Below are positions 25,075 through 37,083 of a DNA stretch of 64,000 nt, in pieces. Below the pieces are notes generated by a model. That model made no database searches, was not told the DNA's origin, and saw nothing but the letters and a program-made list of their open reading frames with translations. The stretch lies in NCBI GenBank assembly GCA_965153285.1, contig OZ229112.1. One strand, given 5' to 3'. The position numbers and the translations under genes were made by a program. This DNA is from Podarcis tiliguerta (taxonomy: Eukaryota). Position 1 is the stretch's first letter. Every line of letters starts with the position of its first letter.

Positions 25075-25429
25075 TAACTCCAATATCAGAAGCAGTATGT
25101 CTCTGAGTACCAGTTGCAGGGAATCACAGGTGAGGAGAATCACAAGGTGGGACTCAGGCCCTGTTTGCAGGCTTCCTATAGGCATCTGGTTGGCTAATGT
25201 GAGATGCAGGACTAGCTGGGCCTTTGTTCTGATCCATCTTCTTATGTTTCGCAACATTACAAGTGGCAGAATGACAATAAAACAGCAAGCAATTATCAAC
25301 ATTAATTCATTAAAACAACATCAACCCCACTCAGGTAGTTGAAGGTGAGTACTCTTTTAACTGACCTGGCAATTAGACCCATGAAACTATGATGGTGTAC
25401 AAAGTAAAATAAGCAAGCAAGGCAATGCA

Positions 25430-25895
25430 TCTTGGCCTCCCCTAAGAAGGTCATTACATAATTGTGGCACCTCTACAGCAAAGGTCCTACTCTGTACCAT
25501 CACCATCCATGATGCTGTCACAGATGGAATTAAGAGCAGAGCCTTGTCTGATGATCTCGGCTGTGGAGAGTGGTTTTAGGGGAGAAGACACTCAATAAGG
25601 TCTTCTGGTCCTAACCTGTGTAGGGCTTTGCAAGTAAATACAGTGGTACCTCTGGTTACGAACTTAATTCGTTCCGGAGGTCCGTTCTTAACCTGAAACC
25701 ATTCTTAACCTGAGGTACCACTTTAGCTAATGGGGCCTCCTGCTGCCACCTCATGATTGCTGTTCTCATCCTGTGGTAAAGTTCTTAACCTGAGGTACTA
25801 CTTCCGGGTTAGCGGAGTCTGTAACCTGAAGTGTTTGTAAACCGAGGTACCACTGTACCAGCATCCCAAAAAGAGCACAGAAAAGAAACTGGAAC
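25430..25895 (-). mobile_element. Degenerate L2 fragment split by a Tigger MITE
   Basis: Antisense L2-like text ..tgtgtagggctttgcaagtaaa|ta|ccagcatc..agaaactgg continues across the MITE. Confidence 0.45.
25641..25855 (-). mobile_element. Tigger-like MITE (CAGTGGTACCTC family)
   Basis: TIRs plus TA TSD; antisense to 6819. Confidence 0.93.
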
Positions 25896-25948
25896 AGCTC
25901 AAAGAAAAATGGTGGACTGTTTTCTCTGTCTTCATCACCTACCAGAAA

Positions 25949-25982
25949 GGAAGGAAGGAAGGAAGGAAGGAAGGAAGGAAGG
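25949..25982. repeat. (GGAA)n microsatellite
   Basis: Read directly from sequence. Confidence 0.95.
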
Positions 25983-26000
25983 TCAACAGTTTTAAACTAT

Positions 26001-26189
26001 GGGTAGATCTACATATAAATCATATTCGATGCCTATTTAAAGTGCATGACTTCACCCAAATTATTGTGGGAACTATATTTTCCCCTTCACAGAGCTAACA
26101 TCTCCAGCAACTTTAACTACACTTTCCATGATTCTTTGTGCTTTAAAAGTGCACTGAATATCCTTTCAATGTGCAGTGCAGATCTGTCC
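26001..26189. mobile_element. Old PIF/Harbinger-like MITE
   Basis: Imperfect TIRs gggtagatctaca / tgcagatctgtcc flanked by tat / taa. Confidence 0.5.
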
Positions 26190-26255
26190 TAAGAGGAACC
26201 ATGGCCATTGAAGTCGCACTGCTGCCACATTCAATCCCCGGCTCCTCCAACATCT

Positions 26256-26386
26256 TGACGTCACAAACACAACATCGGGACGTGCTTAGAATTTCCCTTG
26301 AGACCAATCAGGCATGGAGTTGAGAGTTTCGAGGGTGGAGCTGAAGAACATGGGCTTGTGCTCCCTTCACAATTTCTGCTCACGTG
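26256..26386. promoter_or_regulatory. Candidate cis-regulatory motif cluster (CRE, CCAAT, GT-box, E-box)
   Basis: TGACGTCA 26256-63, CCAAT 26304-08, GGGTGGAG 26333-40, CACGTG 26381-86; motif presence only. Confidence 0.3.
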
Positions 26387-27414
26387 CATTTTCTGAACAA
26401 ATAGGGCCACAGTAAATCCACTTAAAGGTTTCAGCATTACACACTATTAATAGAGTAATACTTTGCATAGGACAGCTACACCCAAACGTTCACTCTCCTT
26501 TGCAAACATACAAACTGCTATTGAGATTTAGCATCTGAAGGCAGTTCCCATAAATCCAGAAGTACTAAGAGATCCCTGTGTAGGTTAATTCCTAATTACT
26601 AATTGGTACAAAATGCCAGCAATCAATATGGTATTCTCGTTTACCGATTTAACCAGTCAGAGAAGGTTACATTCATTTGGTCATGGACTAATCTTAAAGC
26701 CGTAATCAATACTGTAATTACAATATATAAGAAAGTAAAGAGGTAACGGAAATCCTAATAATTTATTTTGATCCCGTATCTGCCACTCTTGAGCACGCAG
26801 TCAAAGAATTGTGACTCATTTTTCCTTCAATGGATCACCTTTAATGCTTTGTATACAATAGCTAATAAAATGTTTGAGCAAACTGTTGAGTAAAGCCCCC
26901 CAAAGATTTGGAAGGGACCAAAGGCTCTACCATTTGATTTCAAAAATAAAGCATAATATTGTGATGGTATACTTATATATACGCCCACATATATATATGG
27001 TTATAACATGGCTGTTCTATTTTCTCATGATCCACCAAACTTGATACAGTGTAAGTCAAAGGAAATGACCAGTGTCAGCTATAAGCTCACATTTTTAATG
27101 ATTGTATATACTGGCAACAACCTTTCTATGGCTGGACATAGACAAACATTTTACGTAATATAAGAAGTGTTATAATCAAGGCTTGCATGTCTTTGGTGTG
27201 CATACCCTTCCTCCCCGCTTCTAAATCCTCCCAACTATAACAGAACAAGTTTTTCAGATTACTGAAATGCTACAAAATCCTGCAAAACCTGTTTAACAGA
27301 TTGTGTCCTGGGATGGGTGTGTATGACTCTCTCAAAGCACCTTCAACACTGCGGCGGGGGGAGGGGAGGACGGACACCTGTTGTTTTCCTCCAGTCTGTG
27401 TAGCCCATTAGAGT

Positions 27415-27545
27415 AGGTATGGATGGGGAAATTTGGCTCTGCAGGTGTTGCTGAACTACAGCTCCCATCAGCCCCAGCAACCATGGCCAGTGGCCAAGGA
27501 TGATGGGAGTTGTAATTCAGCAACATCTGGAGGGCCAAATTCATT
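27415..27545. mobile_element. Older palindromic hAT-like MITE
   Basis: aatttggctctgcaggtgttgctgaactaca.ctcccatca ... gatgggagttgtaattcagcaacatctggagggccaaatt. Confidence 0.7.
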
Positions 27546-27884
27546 TTAATAATGGTTGGGTGCCAACGGTGCCTGTCTTTTGTGTATGGATATCTGCTTG
27601 TACAATCGCTTCATCTTCCTCTCCTTCCACCTGCAACCCTTGTCCCTGGTGCCACTAAGATCCCCCCAGAAGGAGGAGGAGGAGGGGGGGGAGTTCTCCT
27701 ATATGACATTGGATAACACTCAATGATATAAGGTATAGCTATAACTTGCCCTTCAGCAACCTATGTCCCAGAATGGAGTACAGTACACAAATAAGAATAT
27801 ACAAATTGCTTAAAATTTACCCTGGTATTTGATAGCTGACAGATACCGGTCATGGCAACCTTTGAACTAGCAACTGTGATGGTA

Positions 27885-28086
27885 CAGTGGTACCTCAGGT
27901 TACATACGCTTCAGGTTACAGACCCCGCTAACCCAGAAATAGTACCTTTGCTTCAGGATGAGAACAGAAATCACACAGCAGCAGTGGGAGACCCCATTAG
28001 CTAAAGCGGTACCTCAGGTTAAGAACAGTTTCAGGTTAAGAACGGACCTCCAGAACAAATCAAGTTCTTAACCAGAGGTACCTCTG
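27885..28086 (+). mobile_element. Tigger-like MITE (CAGTGGTACCTC family)
   Basis: TIRs plus TA TSD; small internal deletions relative to 6819. Confidence 0.92.
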
Positions 28087-29230
28087 TATGTGATTTCTTT
28101 TAAGGGATTTTATTATTTATCTATTTAATTTATATACTACCCTATACTAGGGGGTCTCAGGGTTTTCTCATTGTTTTGACATATACTCACCAGCTGGTAA
28201 GCAGGAGAATTCAATTCCTGTGCAATACTGCTTCAGGAAGTCGGAAGGAGAGGCCAAAATATATGGAGGAAAGGTTGGGTAGGAAAGGTAGAGGAGGAGG
28301 AATTCCATAACTGGGACATGCCCACCAAGAGAGCCCTCCTTTGGGTCTGTACACAAAGTATTTCAGATGGATCAGGCAGTTCCAGAACGGCCTCTCCCAT
28401 AGAACTTAATGCTCAGTCAGATCTGTATGGAAGACATTTCACGTAAAATACAAGCTCCTTAAAAATGTAGGAATATCTGCTTCTAATTATGCCTCTCCTC
28501 TTGTCCTCCCATAATTGTTTCAATGTGGCAAGAGGATACATGGTGATGACAGAGGTGGCCATCCAATATCTTCACCATAAAGCCAACCCTGGAGTCCAAA
28601 CCACCTCCTGCTTATGACCAATACAGCACGACAAGCTTTGCTGATGTAACTGAGCTTCACAAATATATGGAGTAAACTCTTTGGTGTTGTGCACTTCCAG
28701 TGATAACAATTAAATCTTTTCCTAATTTATTTGTGCCCGATATTATTAGAAATGCCAGTTGCAAACACTAGCGAAAGTAGATAGCATCTCCAAAAGAATG
28801 CAAATTCTACCTGCCTTGAACCAGCACCCACCTTTGTTATATTATTCTCCCTGACAAGGTGTCGCTATGCCCGTGGCTGTTAAATACAGTTCTGCCAAGA
28901 CTCTGCAAAAGCATCTAATTGGTGGTCATAGCCTAGCAGCCTGTTTAAATGTTAATGAATCAAGTAGCTAAATTACATGCATGAGAACCTGCATACTTAT
29001 TCCAGACAGGTCAGGGAGGCAGACGTTACCTATTGCAGTTCGCGCTGCTAGTTATTTTATGAAATTAACATTGTTTCTAAATGATTATTATATAGCGTAG
29101 TGTCAAGTAAAGTTGGATGAACACTGCCTGCAATTATAAGCCTTTTTTTTTTTTTTAGTCCTCTCATGAGAAAATAATTGAAATAATAACACAATAACAA
29201 TAATAGTCATTGCTGTATCATGATGAAGAT

Positions 29231-29478
29231 CAGGGGTCAGCAAACTTTTTCAGCAGGGGCCTGGTCCACTGTGCCTCAGACCTTGTGGAGGGCCAGACTA
29301 TATTTTAGGGGGGAAATGAAGGAATTCCTATGCCCCACAACTAACCCAGAGATGCATTTTAAATAAAAGAACACATTCTACTCATGTAAAAACACACTGA
29401 TTCCCGGACCGTCCGCAGGCCAGATTTAGAAGGCGATTGGGCCAGATCCGGCCCCGGGCCTTAGTTTGCCTACCCATG
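29231..29478. mobile_element. hAT (Charlie-like) MITE
   Basis: 8-bp TSD atgaagat; termini CAGGGGTCAGCAAACT / AGTTTGCCTACCCATG. Confidence 0.9.
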
Positions 29479-30824
29479 ATGAAGATGATGATGGTGAAGT
29501 GTTTCATCCGGATCTGGCTCCATTGCCACCGCCACCATCACTGCCACCACTATTCTAAGTGAAACACAACATTCCTGCATGGGCAAAAGGTACATGCAGG
29601 TCCCACATTACGAATGTGCACTATGCGAAAATTCACTTATCCAAACACAAGGAATTGGTACCCAAGCCTCACTATACATACCACAGATTCAGGTATCCAA
29701 ACAGAGAGAATATTTTGCTTCCTTCTATGCCTTTGGCTGATTGGCTGAAGGAAGGAGGGGGAGTTTCCCCAGGGGTTTGGCCTTTGAGGGGTCAAAATTC
29801 CATGGTCTGGGACGCATTAGAATTTTCCCCACAGGTATCAATGGAAATTGTTGTCTTGCTATGCAAACACTCACCTAACATATGATTTTGAGGGAACATA
29901 TTGTATAGGTTGTGGTTCTAGATCATAGGATTTGCCAATTTCCTTCAACCCTTTCTGAAAGATTCATATATCAGAAACACTTGTGAGAAGACAGTGATCT
30001 ACTGATGGCTTTTCTAATGCTAGTACAGCTCATATCATTGCAACCATTGATAATGCAAAATGTATTGATAAAGGAAGGTGCTGTGTTTTATTTGCATCTC
30101 TTCGGTAACCATTGTGATTTTTCTCACTCTGCCTGCCTACTTTTGCTTAGGATTTTTAAAACAATTCCCCTGACAGGAAGGCCCTGTTTTCTAAATCATA
30201 TGGAAATGCGGAATCAATTTGTTGATGAGGGACATCAAATGAAAGTACAGTGCTTTATGCTCTATTGATCATTAAAAATATTTCTGCTGATGACACAAAG
30301 GTCCAAAGCAATTATAAAAATTCTGCAGGATTTCAGTGTTTGAGCCACTATTGCAAAGCACTGTGCTTCTGAAAACTGCCCTGGATGCCTACTGAGCAGA
30401 TCAGAAGAAGCCAGCAGGCAAAGATAAAGCAAGAAGGCACTTTTGCCGACTCTTGATTGTAGAACTGAGTCTCTCCATTATAAAATGGCCTTTGGCTTAA
30501 CTGAGCTGAGAAGCCGCAGCAATGGTGAACTGTCTCTTACATATCCAAGCAATCAGTGTTGGGCTGTTGGGGTGGGTGTTCCTACAGCTGCAGTCAAGCT
30601 TGCTTCTCCTGACCACCCCTTTTGCTGTCCTTAAGTAGGAGACTGGTCAGACTAAAGCCTGACTCCTCGCGGGCAACAAGAGAAACAGAAATCACAAATA
30701 CAGTCATCTGCAATGTAATGGCTGGGGTCTACTGGGGCCCAAAAAGGCTGTGTCCCTCTTGCTTTTACTCGTTGTGTTAGTAAAGAGTCTGCAAATAAGT
30801 TCTATCCATTATGTTCCATCTGAT

Positions 30825-31144
30825 CCAGTATACCTGAAGGAGCGTCTCCACCTCCATCGTTCTGCCTGGAAACTGAGGTCCAGCTCCGAGGGCCTTCTGG
30901 CAGTTCCCTCAATGCAAGAAGCCAAGTTACAGGGAACCAGGCAGAGGGCCTTCTCGGTAGTGGCACCCGCCCTGTGGAATGCCCTCCCACCAGATGTCAA
31001 AAAGAAAAATAACTACCAAACTTCTAAAGGCAGCTCTGTTTAGAGAAGCTTTTAATGTTTAATCGGTTATTGTATTTTAGCGTTTTGTTGGAAGCCACCC
31101 AGAGTGGCTGTGGGGACCCAACTAGATGGGTGGGGTATAAATAA

Positions 31145-31192
<48 letters not shown>
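30825..31192 (+). mobile_element. L2 LINE 3' end with (TTA)n tail
   Basis: ORF PVYLKERLH..GTRQRAFSVVAPALWNALPPDVK. Confidence 0.92.
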
Positions 31193-31309
31193 TACCTGTG
31201 TGCTGTTAACATGTTTCAGACTCTTAGAGTCAGGACTGCTATCAATATCTTATATCCTTTGGAAACTGCTGGAACGTTTGAAATTTGCATCTGAATTTTG
31301 CAGTACTGT

Positions 31310-31610
31310 TCATCCTGGTAATATGCACAAAAATGCATATACTGGAGTGATGTGTGCATTGCAATGCATATGTTAATGGAAACAGTGCACAAACATGCAT
31401 TTTATTAGGGAGAATTGATTTGCAAAATGGTGTACATTTTGCATAATAGCATAAAACTATATTGGGAGTAATTAACAGTGAAACGCTGATGAATTTTCAT
31501 AAGAACTCTATTTTTTAAAGAAACACAAATAGATGTGAAAATATGAAGAAGTGAACTTAAAGTTGGAAAAGTAAGTAACTCAGAGATACTGAAATTGACA
31601 GATTAACCCT
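31310..31610 (+). mobile_element. Old repeat family X, partial
   Basis: gatttgcaaaatgg..gatgaattttcat..gatactgaaattgacagatt. Confidence 0.5.
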
Positions 31611-32536
31611 GTGTTACTTAAGTGCATTTGATAACAGACTTGACTTGTGGTGTGCTTGCTGCAGAAGCTGGACGCCATAGCATACACCTTGTCAGATTAC
31701 ACTTGGTCACCAAGTTTACAGATTACACCTGGTCACCATACACCTGGGGATCACCTTCTTGCTCTGTAATTTTGTATTTCTAGGAGATGTAGGAGGAGGT
31801 GGCAGAGAGAGAGCAAGAGAGAGAGAGAGAGAGAAGAAAGAGAGTTCTTAATCAGATGGTGGGGTTGAGAATTCACATTCAACAGACTGTTTTCAGTTTA
31901 TCAGTCACAAGAGAGAGCTCTGTGCTCTGAATGCCCAGAGGCTTTCCTGTCAAACAATGGTGGAGACCTGTGTCTCCCAAATGGATTATATGGGCAAAAG
32001 TTTCTCTTTTTCAGTCTGGATAACTTACTACATTCCAGTGTTCTCGCATATACATTGCATTGCTGATAGCATCTGTTCTCCGACAGGTGAGCCTCAAACC
32101 AACTTAAAAGGCTTCTTTCAGAATGGATGGAGGAGGGGAGCGCAATATAGACTTTTTAGAGTCTAGGAGGATTGTGGGATGGGGAGTGTATTGCATGGCA
32201 ATTCCATGAATGACCTTTCAGTTTCATGAACAAGATTAAGCAGTTATACAAGGAAGTGGTAAACAGATGCTCTTGGAGATACCTTTAAAAACACCCCGCT
32301 CTGAGCAAGGTCTGTAGGACCACTTACTGCCTTGAGTCTTCCTGCACAGCCAGATTTCACTGTGTGCTGCAATTCCAAATGATGGGTCACATCTGATTCT
32401 CTAGCCTCCTTCTCCAGATCCAGAGGGGGACTGGATGGAGCTTTTGTTTATTGTCTGTTTGCCAGCTGCTGACCGCCCACACCTTTCCATTCAGCCAATA
32501 GTGCCCTGTCTGGTGGCTTGGGTCAGGCGCCACTGC

Positions 32537-32670
32537 GGCTTGACAACCATATGTCAGGAGTGCTCTGATGGTGTTTCCTGCTTGGCAGGGGGTTGGACTC
32601 GATGGCCCTTGTGGTCTCTTCCAACTCTATGATTCTATGATTCTATGATTCTATGATTCTATGATTCTAT
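32537..32670 (+). mobile_element. CR1 3' end with (TTCTATGA)n tail
   Basis: ggcttgacaaccatatgtcaggagtgctctga..ggttggactcgatggccc..ttccaactc followed by the CR1 octamer microsatellite. Confidence 0.88.
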
Positions 32671-33328
32671 GCTCTCCCAGCTTCTAAACGCAGCCTGTTG
32701 CTGACATTTGCCAGAGAGATTGGGGGAGCTTGACACTGTGTGATGTGGTGCAGTGGAGCCAAGCCACTGCTCTGCCGTAGTCGCGCCACTGAGCAACAAC
32801 ATGCAGAGCTCAGTGGAGTGGGATGCCAGCCAACCAGAAGAGTCTCTGAGGTGTTCTTGACTGGAGGCAGAGTCTAATCCTAGGGTCGGGCAAACAGCAA
32901 TCCGTGTGGTCAGATGGTCCAGGGATGGGGGAATCCAGGGGTCAAAGATCAAGACAAGCAAAAGTAGAAAGGTCAGGCCAGGAACTACAAGCGTTGTTGC
33001 CAGCACCTGCCTGCTGCTGGAAGCTCTGCTTAAGAAGGTTGAACCCAGCTGGTTCTCATGAGCACCTTCTCTTCTGTGTCCTTGAAGGCTGATTAGCTGC
33101 AGGTGGAGTCACTCCTGCTTCAGACTGCTGTTCAGCAAGCAAAGCTGACTTCTGGCCCATGACATGTCCTTGCTGTTATGCATGTGTGCAATGCCCTGCT
33201 CCCCACTTGTCTTTGGAAGCTGGGAGAACAGCAATGCCCCACCAACACCATCCCACCAGCCCCTACTGCACTCAGATGTTTAAGGGTCGGGCTGCCAGAC
33301 ACAGCACCTCTGGCAACCCTCTTAGTGA

Positions 33329-33938
33329 TGCCCGCAGACTGTTTAACCAGACTGGTGCATGCCCTTGTTATCTCCCACTTCAGCTACTGTAATGGGCTCT
33401 GCATGGGGCTACCTTTGAAGGTGACTCAGAAACTATAACTAATCCAGAATGCAGCAGCTAGACTTGTGACTGGGAGCAGACGCTGAGACCATATATCACC
33501 GGTCCTAAGGGATCTTCACTGGCTCCCAGTACATTTCCGAGCACAATTCAAAGTGTTGGTGCTGATCTTTAAAGCCCTAAACGGCCTTGGCTCAGTATAC
33601 CTGAAGGAATGTCTCCACATCCATTGCTTAGCCCAGACACTGAGGTCTAGTGCCGAGGGCCTTCTGGCAGTTCCCTCACTGCAAGAAGTGAAGTTACAGG
33701 GACCCAAGCAGAGGGTCTTCTCAGTAGTGTCGCCCTCCCTGTAAAACACCCTTCCTTCAAATGTCAAGGAAATAAACAACTATCTGACTTTTAGAAGACA
33801 TCTGAAGGCAACCCTGTTGAGGGAGGTTTTTAAGGATTGGTGTTTTTATTATGTTTTTAGAGATGTTGTAAGTCTCCAAGAGTGTCTGGTGAAATCCAGC
33901 CAGATGGGCAGGGTGTTGTTGTTGTTGTTGTTGTTGTT
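33329..33938 (+). mobile_element. L2 LINE, longer 3' fragment (decayed ORF2)
   Basis: LVHALVISHFSYCNGLCMGLPLKVTQKL*LIQNAAARLVTG..LHWLPV..FKVLVLIFKALNGLG.VYL, typical of L2 ORF2. Confidence 0.93.
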
Positions 33939-35997
33939 TTCTTTTGCTGGCTCAGGTAGCCAAAAATGAATTTTTGTTCTCCTAGTTACAGCCTTGAGAG
34001 GAGGCTGTGCTGTTGAAATATAGCTGTTTCTCCAAGTGGCAGTACACATCATGGTGATTTGACAGCACAAGTCAAAGGACTAAATGAGAACATATACCTG
34101 CAGATGGCATATTCACCTTCTCTCCCTTGAAATTGCTTGGTACTGTCAACGGACATGCACTGTGGCAACTACACACATTTATTCTAGAGACTAAGTTTAC
34201 ACCATTCCTACGATGCTGTCGCAAACAGAAAATGGTTGCACATGCAACCAAAAAGTCAATACACTGGCAGGTATTTTAAAGGTATACACTCAAACGTGCT
34301 TGCTAGGGACTTGTATCATATGAAAGTCAGCACTGGAAGCTTTTAGCCAACTCCTATCTCACACTCCATATTAACTAACACACATTCCAAAATGTGCTTA
34401 ACATACATTTCTCATGTTGCCTATTAGCTAAATACTTGGACAGTTAAATATCTCATTTATCCTATTGACACAAGCCTTTTCTTTCTTCTGATACTATCAC
34501 GTTACAGTGACCTGCCCAAATTTAGTGACTGTCAACATTCACATGTTGAATGGTCCCAATCTGAGGGGAATCTTGTGGATACCTCAAAAGACATATCCTT
34601 CCCTCATTTCTTTTCATGCATACACTGGTGAATGCCGAGAATCACCTATAGGTGACTTGACTGATATTTTAATTGCTTGATCAATCAACTAAAGCCTTTT
34701 GTTTATCTTACACTTCAATTTCCGCAGCTATATTGAGGTTTGGGTAACATGCAGATTACTTTAAATTTCAACAGCGGGTGAAAAAGTGGGTGAATATGAT
34801 TGACAGTGCTTATTTGTCTGTGTGCGTAAACACAAGTGTGTGTCTGTGTGTGTTGATCTAGTCATTCTGTTTACTTGCTTAGATATGCAGATATAAGATA
34901 ATGGGTCCAATGTGTTCATAAGCTTCATGACTCAAGTTGTATATTGAGTCCGAGGGCACCTTCAGATGCCCTATTTACTGAGCATTCATCCTGATTTGCT
35001 TGCAGAAAGCTTACACGGAGGTGAGCTTATAGCTGTCTCTCTTGAGCATTTTTTTCCTGATCTGTTTGTGGGGAGCTTATAGGACAATGAGCATTTATCA
35101 TGATTTGCTTGCAGGTTGTTTATACGGCTTCCCGTTCATCATCCGTTCATCTCACATGTCTCAATTTACAAACAGGAAAAGGTCCAATTCTCCTTTAGTG
35201 TGTTTGTTGCACCAAGGTGAAAGAGTTTAACTTTGCAAACCTGAAGTCCAAGTATACACACATATCTATTCCACTAAATATTGGCAGTCCAGAGGCACCT
35301 AGAACCCCAGGTTTTAAATGAAAAGCAGAATTCATTAAATGCATCCTAGGAATAATGCCTGCTCCCTGGGACTTCTACAAGAGAGTTTCTGTGCTGTGTT
35401 TTCCTTCCACATCAGTGGATACTTCAGCATGGTTGAGCTCTTGACATTGAAGGACCGGCGAATCCTTGGCCACCCCAATGCTTTTCACCACCAAGCAGAA
35501 ACTTCAAAACAAAAACTTTTATTCTGTGACCGGCACATAGGTCTCTTATTTAGAAGAATGCTTTGTTCCTTTATGAAAACTCTTTGGTAAACCTGCTCGA
35601 GTGTCTTTTGTTTAAAGAGACACACAACCAACCAAACCAAACCAAAAAAAACGTGCCTCATTAACATGTAAGTCACAGCTCCCTTCTGCAGCAAATCTAT
35701 GCATGGCCATCTGGCCCTTGCCTCTAACATGATCAGGGCAAAGATGAACAGTGGAAATGAAATGCCACTGAGAAAAGTTCATCTCGGGAAACATTTTAAT
35801 TTAAAGCCTGTTATGGGGTTGGCTGCATCTGCAATAGCCCAAACTGGGACCCCAGGAACCAGTGTCTGTGCCTCACTTTCTAATCTGATGTGTTTACTTG
35901 TGAGCCCATTACATCCCATGCTCACATTAATCTGTGGGTTTTTAATGAAAACAGACCACACAGAAATTCACATTTCGTCTTATGGTGAAGGATGGTA

Positions 35998-36212
35998 CAG
36001 TGGTACCTCGGGTTACAGACGCTTCAGGTTACAGACTCCGCTAACCCAGAAATATTACCTCGGGTTAAGAACTTTGCTTCAGGATGAGAATAGAAATCAT
36101 GTAGCGGCAGCAGGAGGCCCCATTAGCTAAAGTGGTGCTTCAGGTTAAAAACAGTTTCAGGTTAAGAACAGACCTCCAGAACGAATTAAGTTCTTAACCC
36201 GAGATACCACTG
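35998..36212 (+). mobile_element. Tigger-like MITE (CAGTGGTACCTC family)
   Basis: TIRs plus TA TSD. Confidence 0.93.
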
Positions 36213-36629
36213 TATATAAATCTAAGAAGCAAAATAAGTAAGAAAATAAACAAACATTTAAATATTTATTTGAATAAGTAGGCAGTGGTGATTTCCTGTT
36301 TTTCTTGTTACGTGCTTTTATGTTTAAAACTGCCCTGTGATTGTCAGATGAAGGGAGCTATGTGCATTTAATCAATACTAAATGCACTGATGCATACACT
36401 CCAGCCTCTGAGTGGTAAGAGATTTCAGGGGTTCCTGTGCCTACCCAGGATTTGGTTTCCTTGGAATGAAGGTCTGTGGAGACTGTGGAGTCATTAGGAT
36501 ATATGGTTTCATTTACACCGGAACATAGGGTGGAGGGGCTCATGGCATTAACATTCAAAACAGATCTTGCTTCCCCACTAGGTTTCTAGGGAAGCCCCAA
36601 GCCCCAGCTCTGGCTCCAGCACAGAGCTC

Positions 36630-36873
36630 GGTTGTATTCAACATATCGCTATGTAGCACTTTGCAAGAGTGGAACAACTTCCACCTATGCAATAGGATTC
36701 CATCCCCATCTCTTCTCCTCCCACGCAGCCCCTAAATCAGTTCTGGGGTTTACCCCAACCCTCCAGAGTGGATTTCGAGACCACACATGGTGCATGTGAG
36801 GAGAGGAGAGGGGGGAAATCCACATTACACATGCAGCAGTCGTTCTGTTTGCACATTTATCTGAATACTATCC
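36630..36873. mobile_element. Old loosely palindromic MITE (Harbinger-like)
   Basis: ggttgtattca / tgaatactatcc ends; ctcttctcctc vs gaggagaggagag arms; related remnant around 52010-52845. Confidence 0.45.
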
Positions 36874-36980
36874 ATTCTGGTAAAGTTACAGGTAGGTAGC
36901 CGTGTTGGTCTGCCGTAGTCGAATCAAAATAAAAAAATTCCTTCCAGTAGCACCTTAGAGACCAACTAAGTTTGTTATTG

Positions 36981-37018
36981 GTATGAGCTTTCGTGTGCAT
37001 GCACACTTCTTCAGTATC
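36981..37018 (-). ncRNA. Second hammerhead-like core on the minus strand
   Basis: Reverse complement gata-CTGAAGA-a-GTGTGC-at-GCACAC-GAAA-GCTC-atac; stem I disrupted. Confidence 0.45.
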
Positions 37019-37029
37019 TGAAGAAGTGT

Positions 37030-37083
37030 GTATCTGAAGAAGTGTGTATGTGAAGAAGTGTGCATGCACACGAAAGCTCATAC
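37030..37083 (+). ncRNA. Minimal type-I hammerhead ribozyme-like motif (PLE-associated)
   Basis: gtat-CTGAAGA-a-GTGTGTATG..CATGCACAC-GAAA-GC-TC-atac: stem I gtat/atac, 9-bp stem II, palindromic AGCT at stem III. Confidence 0.6.

Larger units (their letters stand above)
24388..25248 (+). mobile_element. Old CR1-type 3' UTR, split by nested insertions
   Basis: aaattcatggaggatagggctatca..ctactagtcat | ..agtatgtctctgagtaccagttgc..ggcatctggttggc..cttcttatgtt; similar to 61288. Confidence 0.6.

Noticed and set aside
32552-33164. Solo LTR bounded by TGTCA...TGACA
   Set aside because: The left TGTCA belongs to the CR1 fragment and no TSD is present. The surrounding DNA may be an old LTR, but I cannot delimit it.
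37014-37062. Short direct repeats as a CRISPR array
   Set aside because: 16-bp units are directly adjacent with no spacers, the context is eukaryotic and there are no cas genes.
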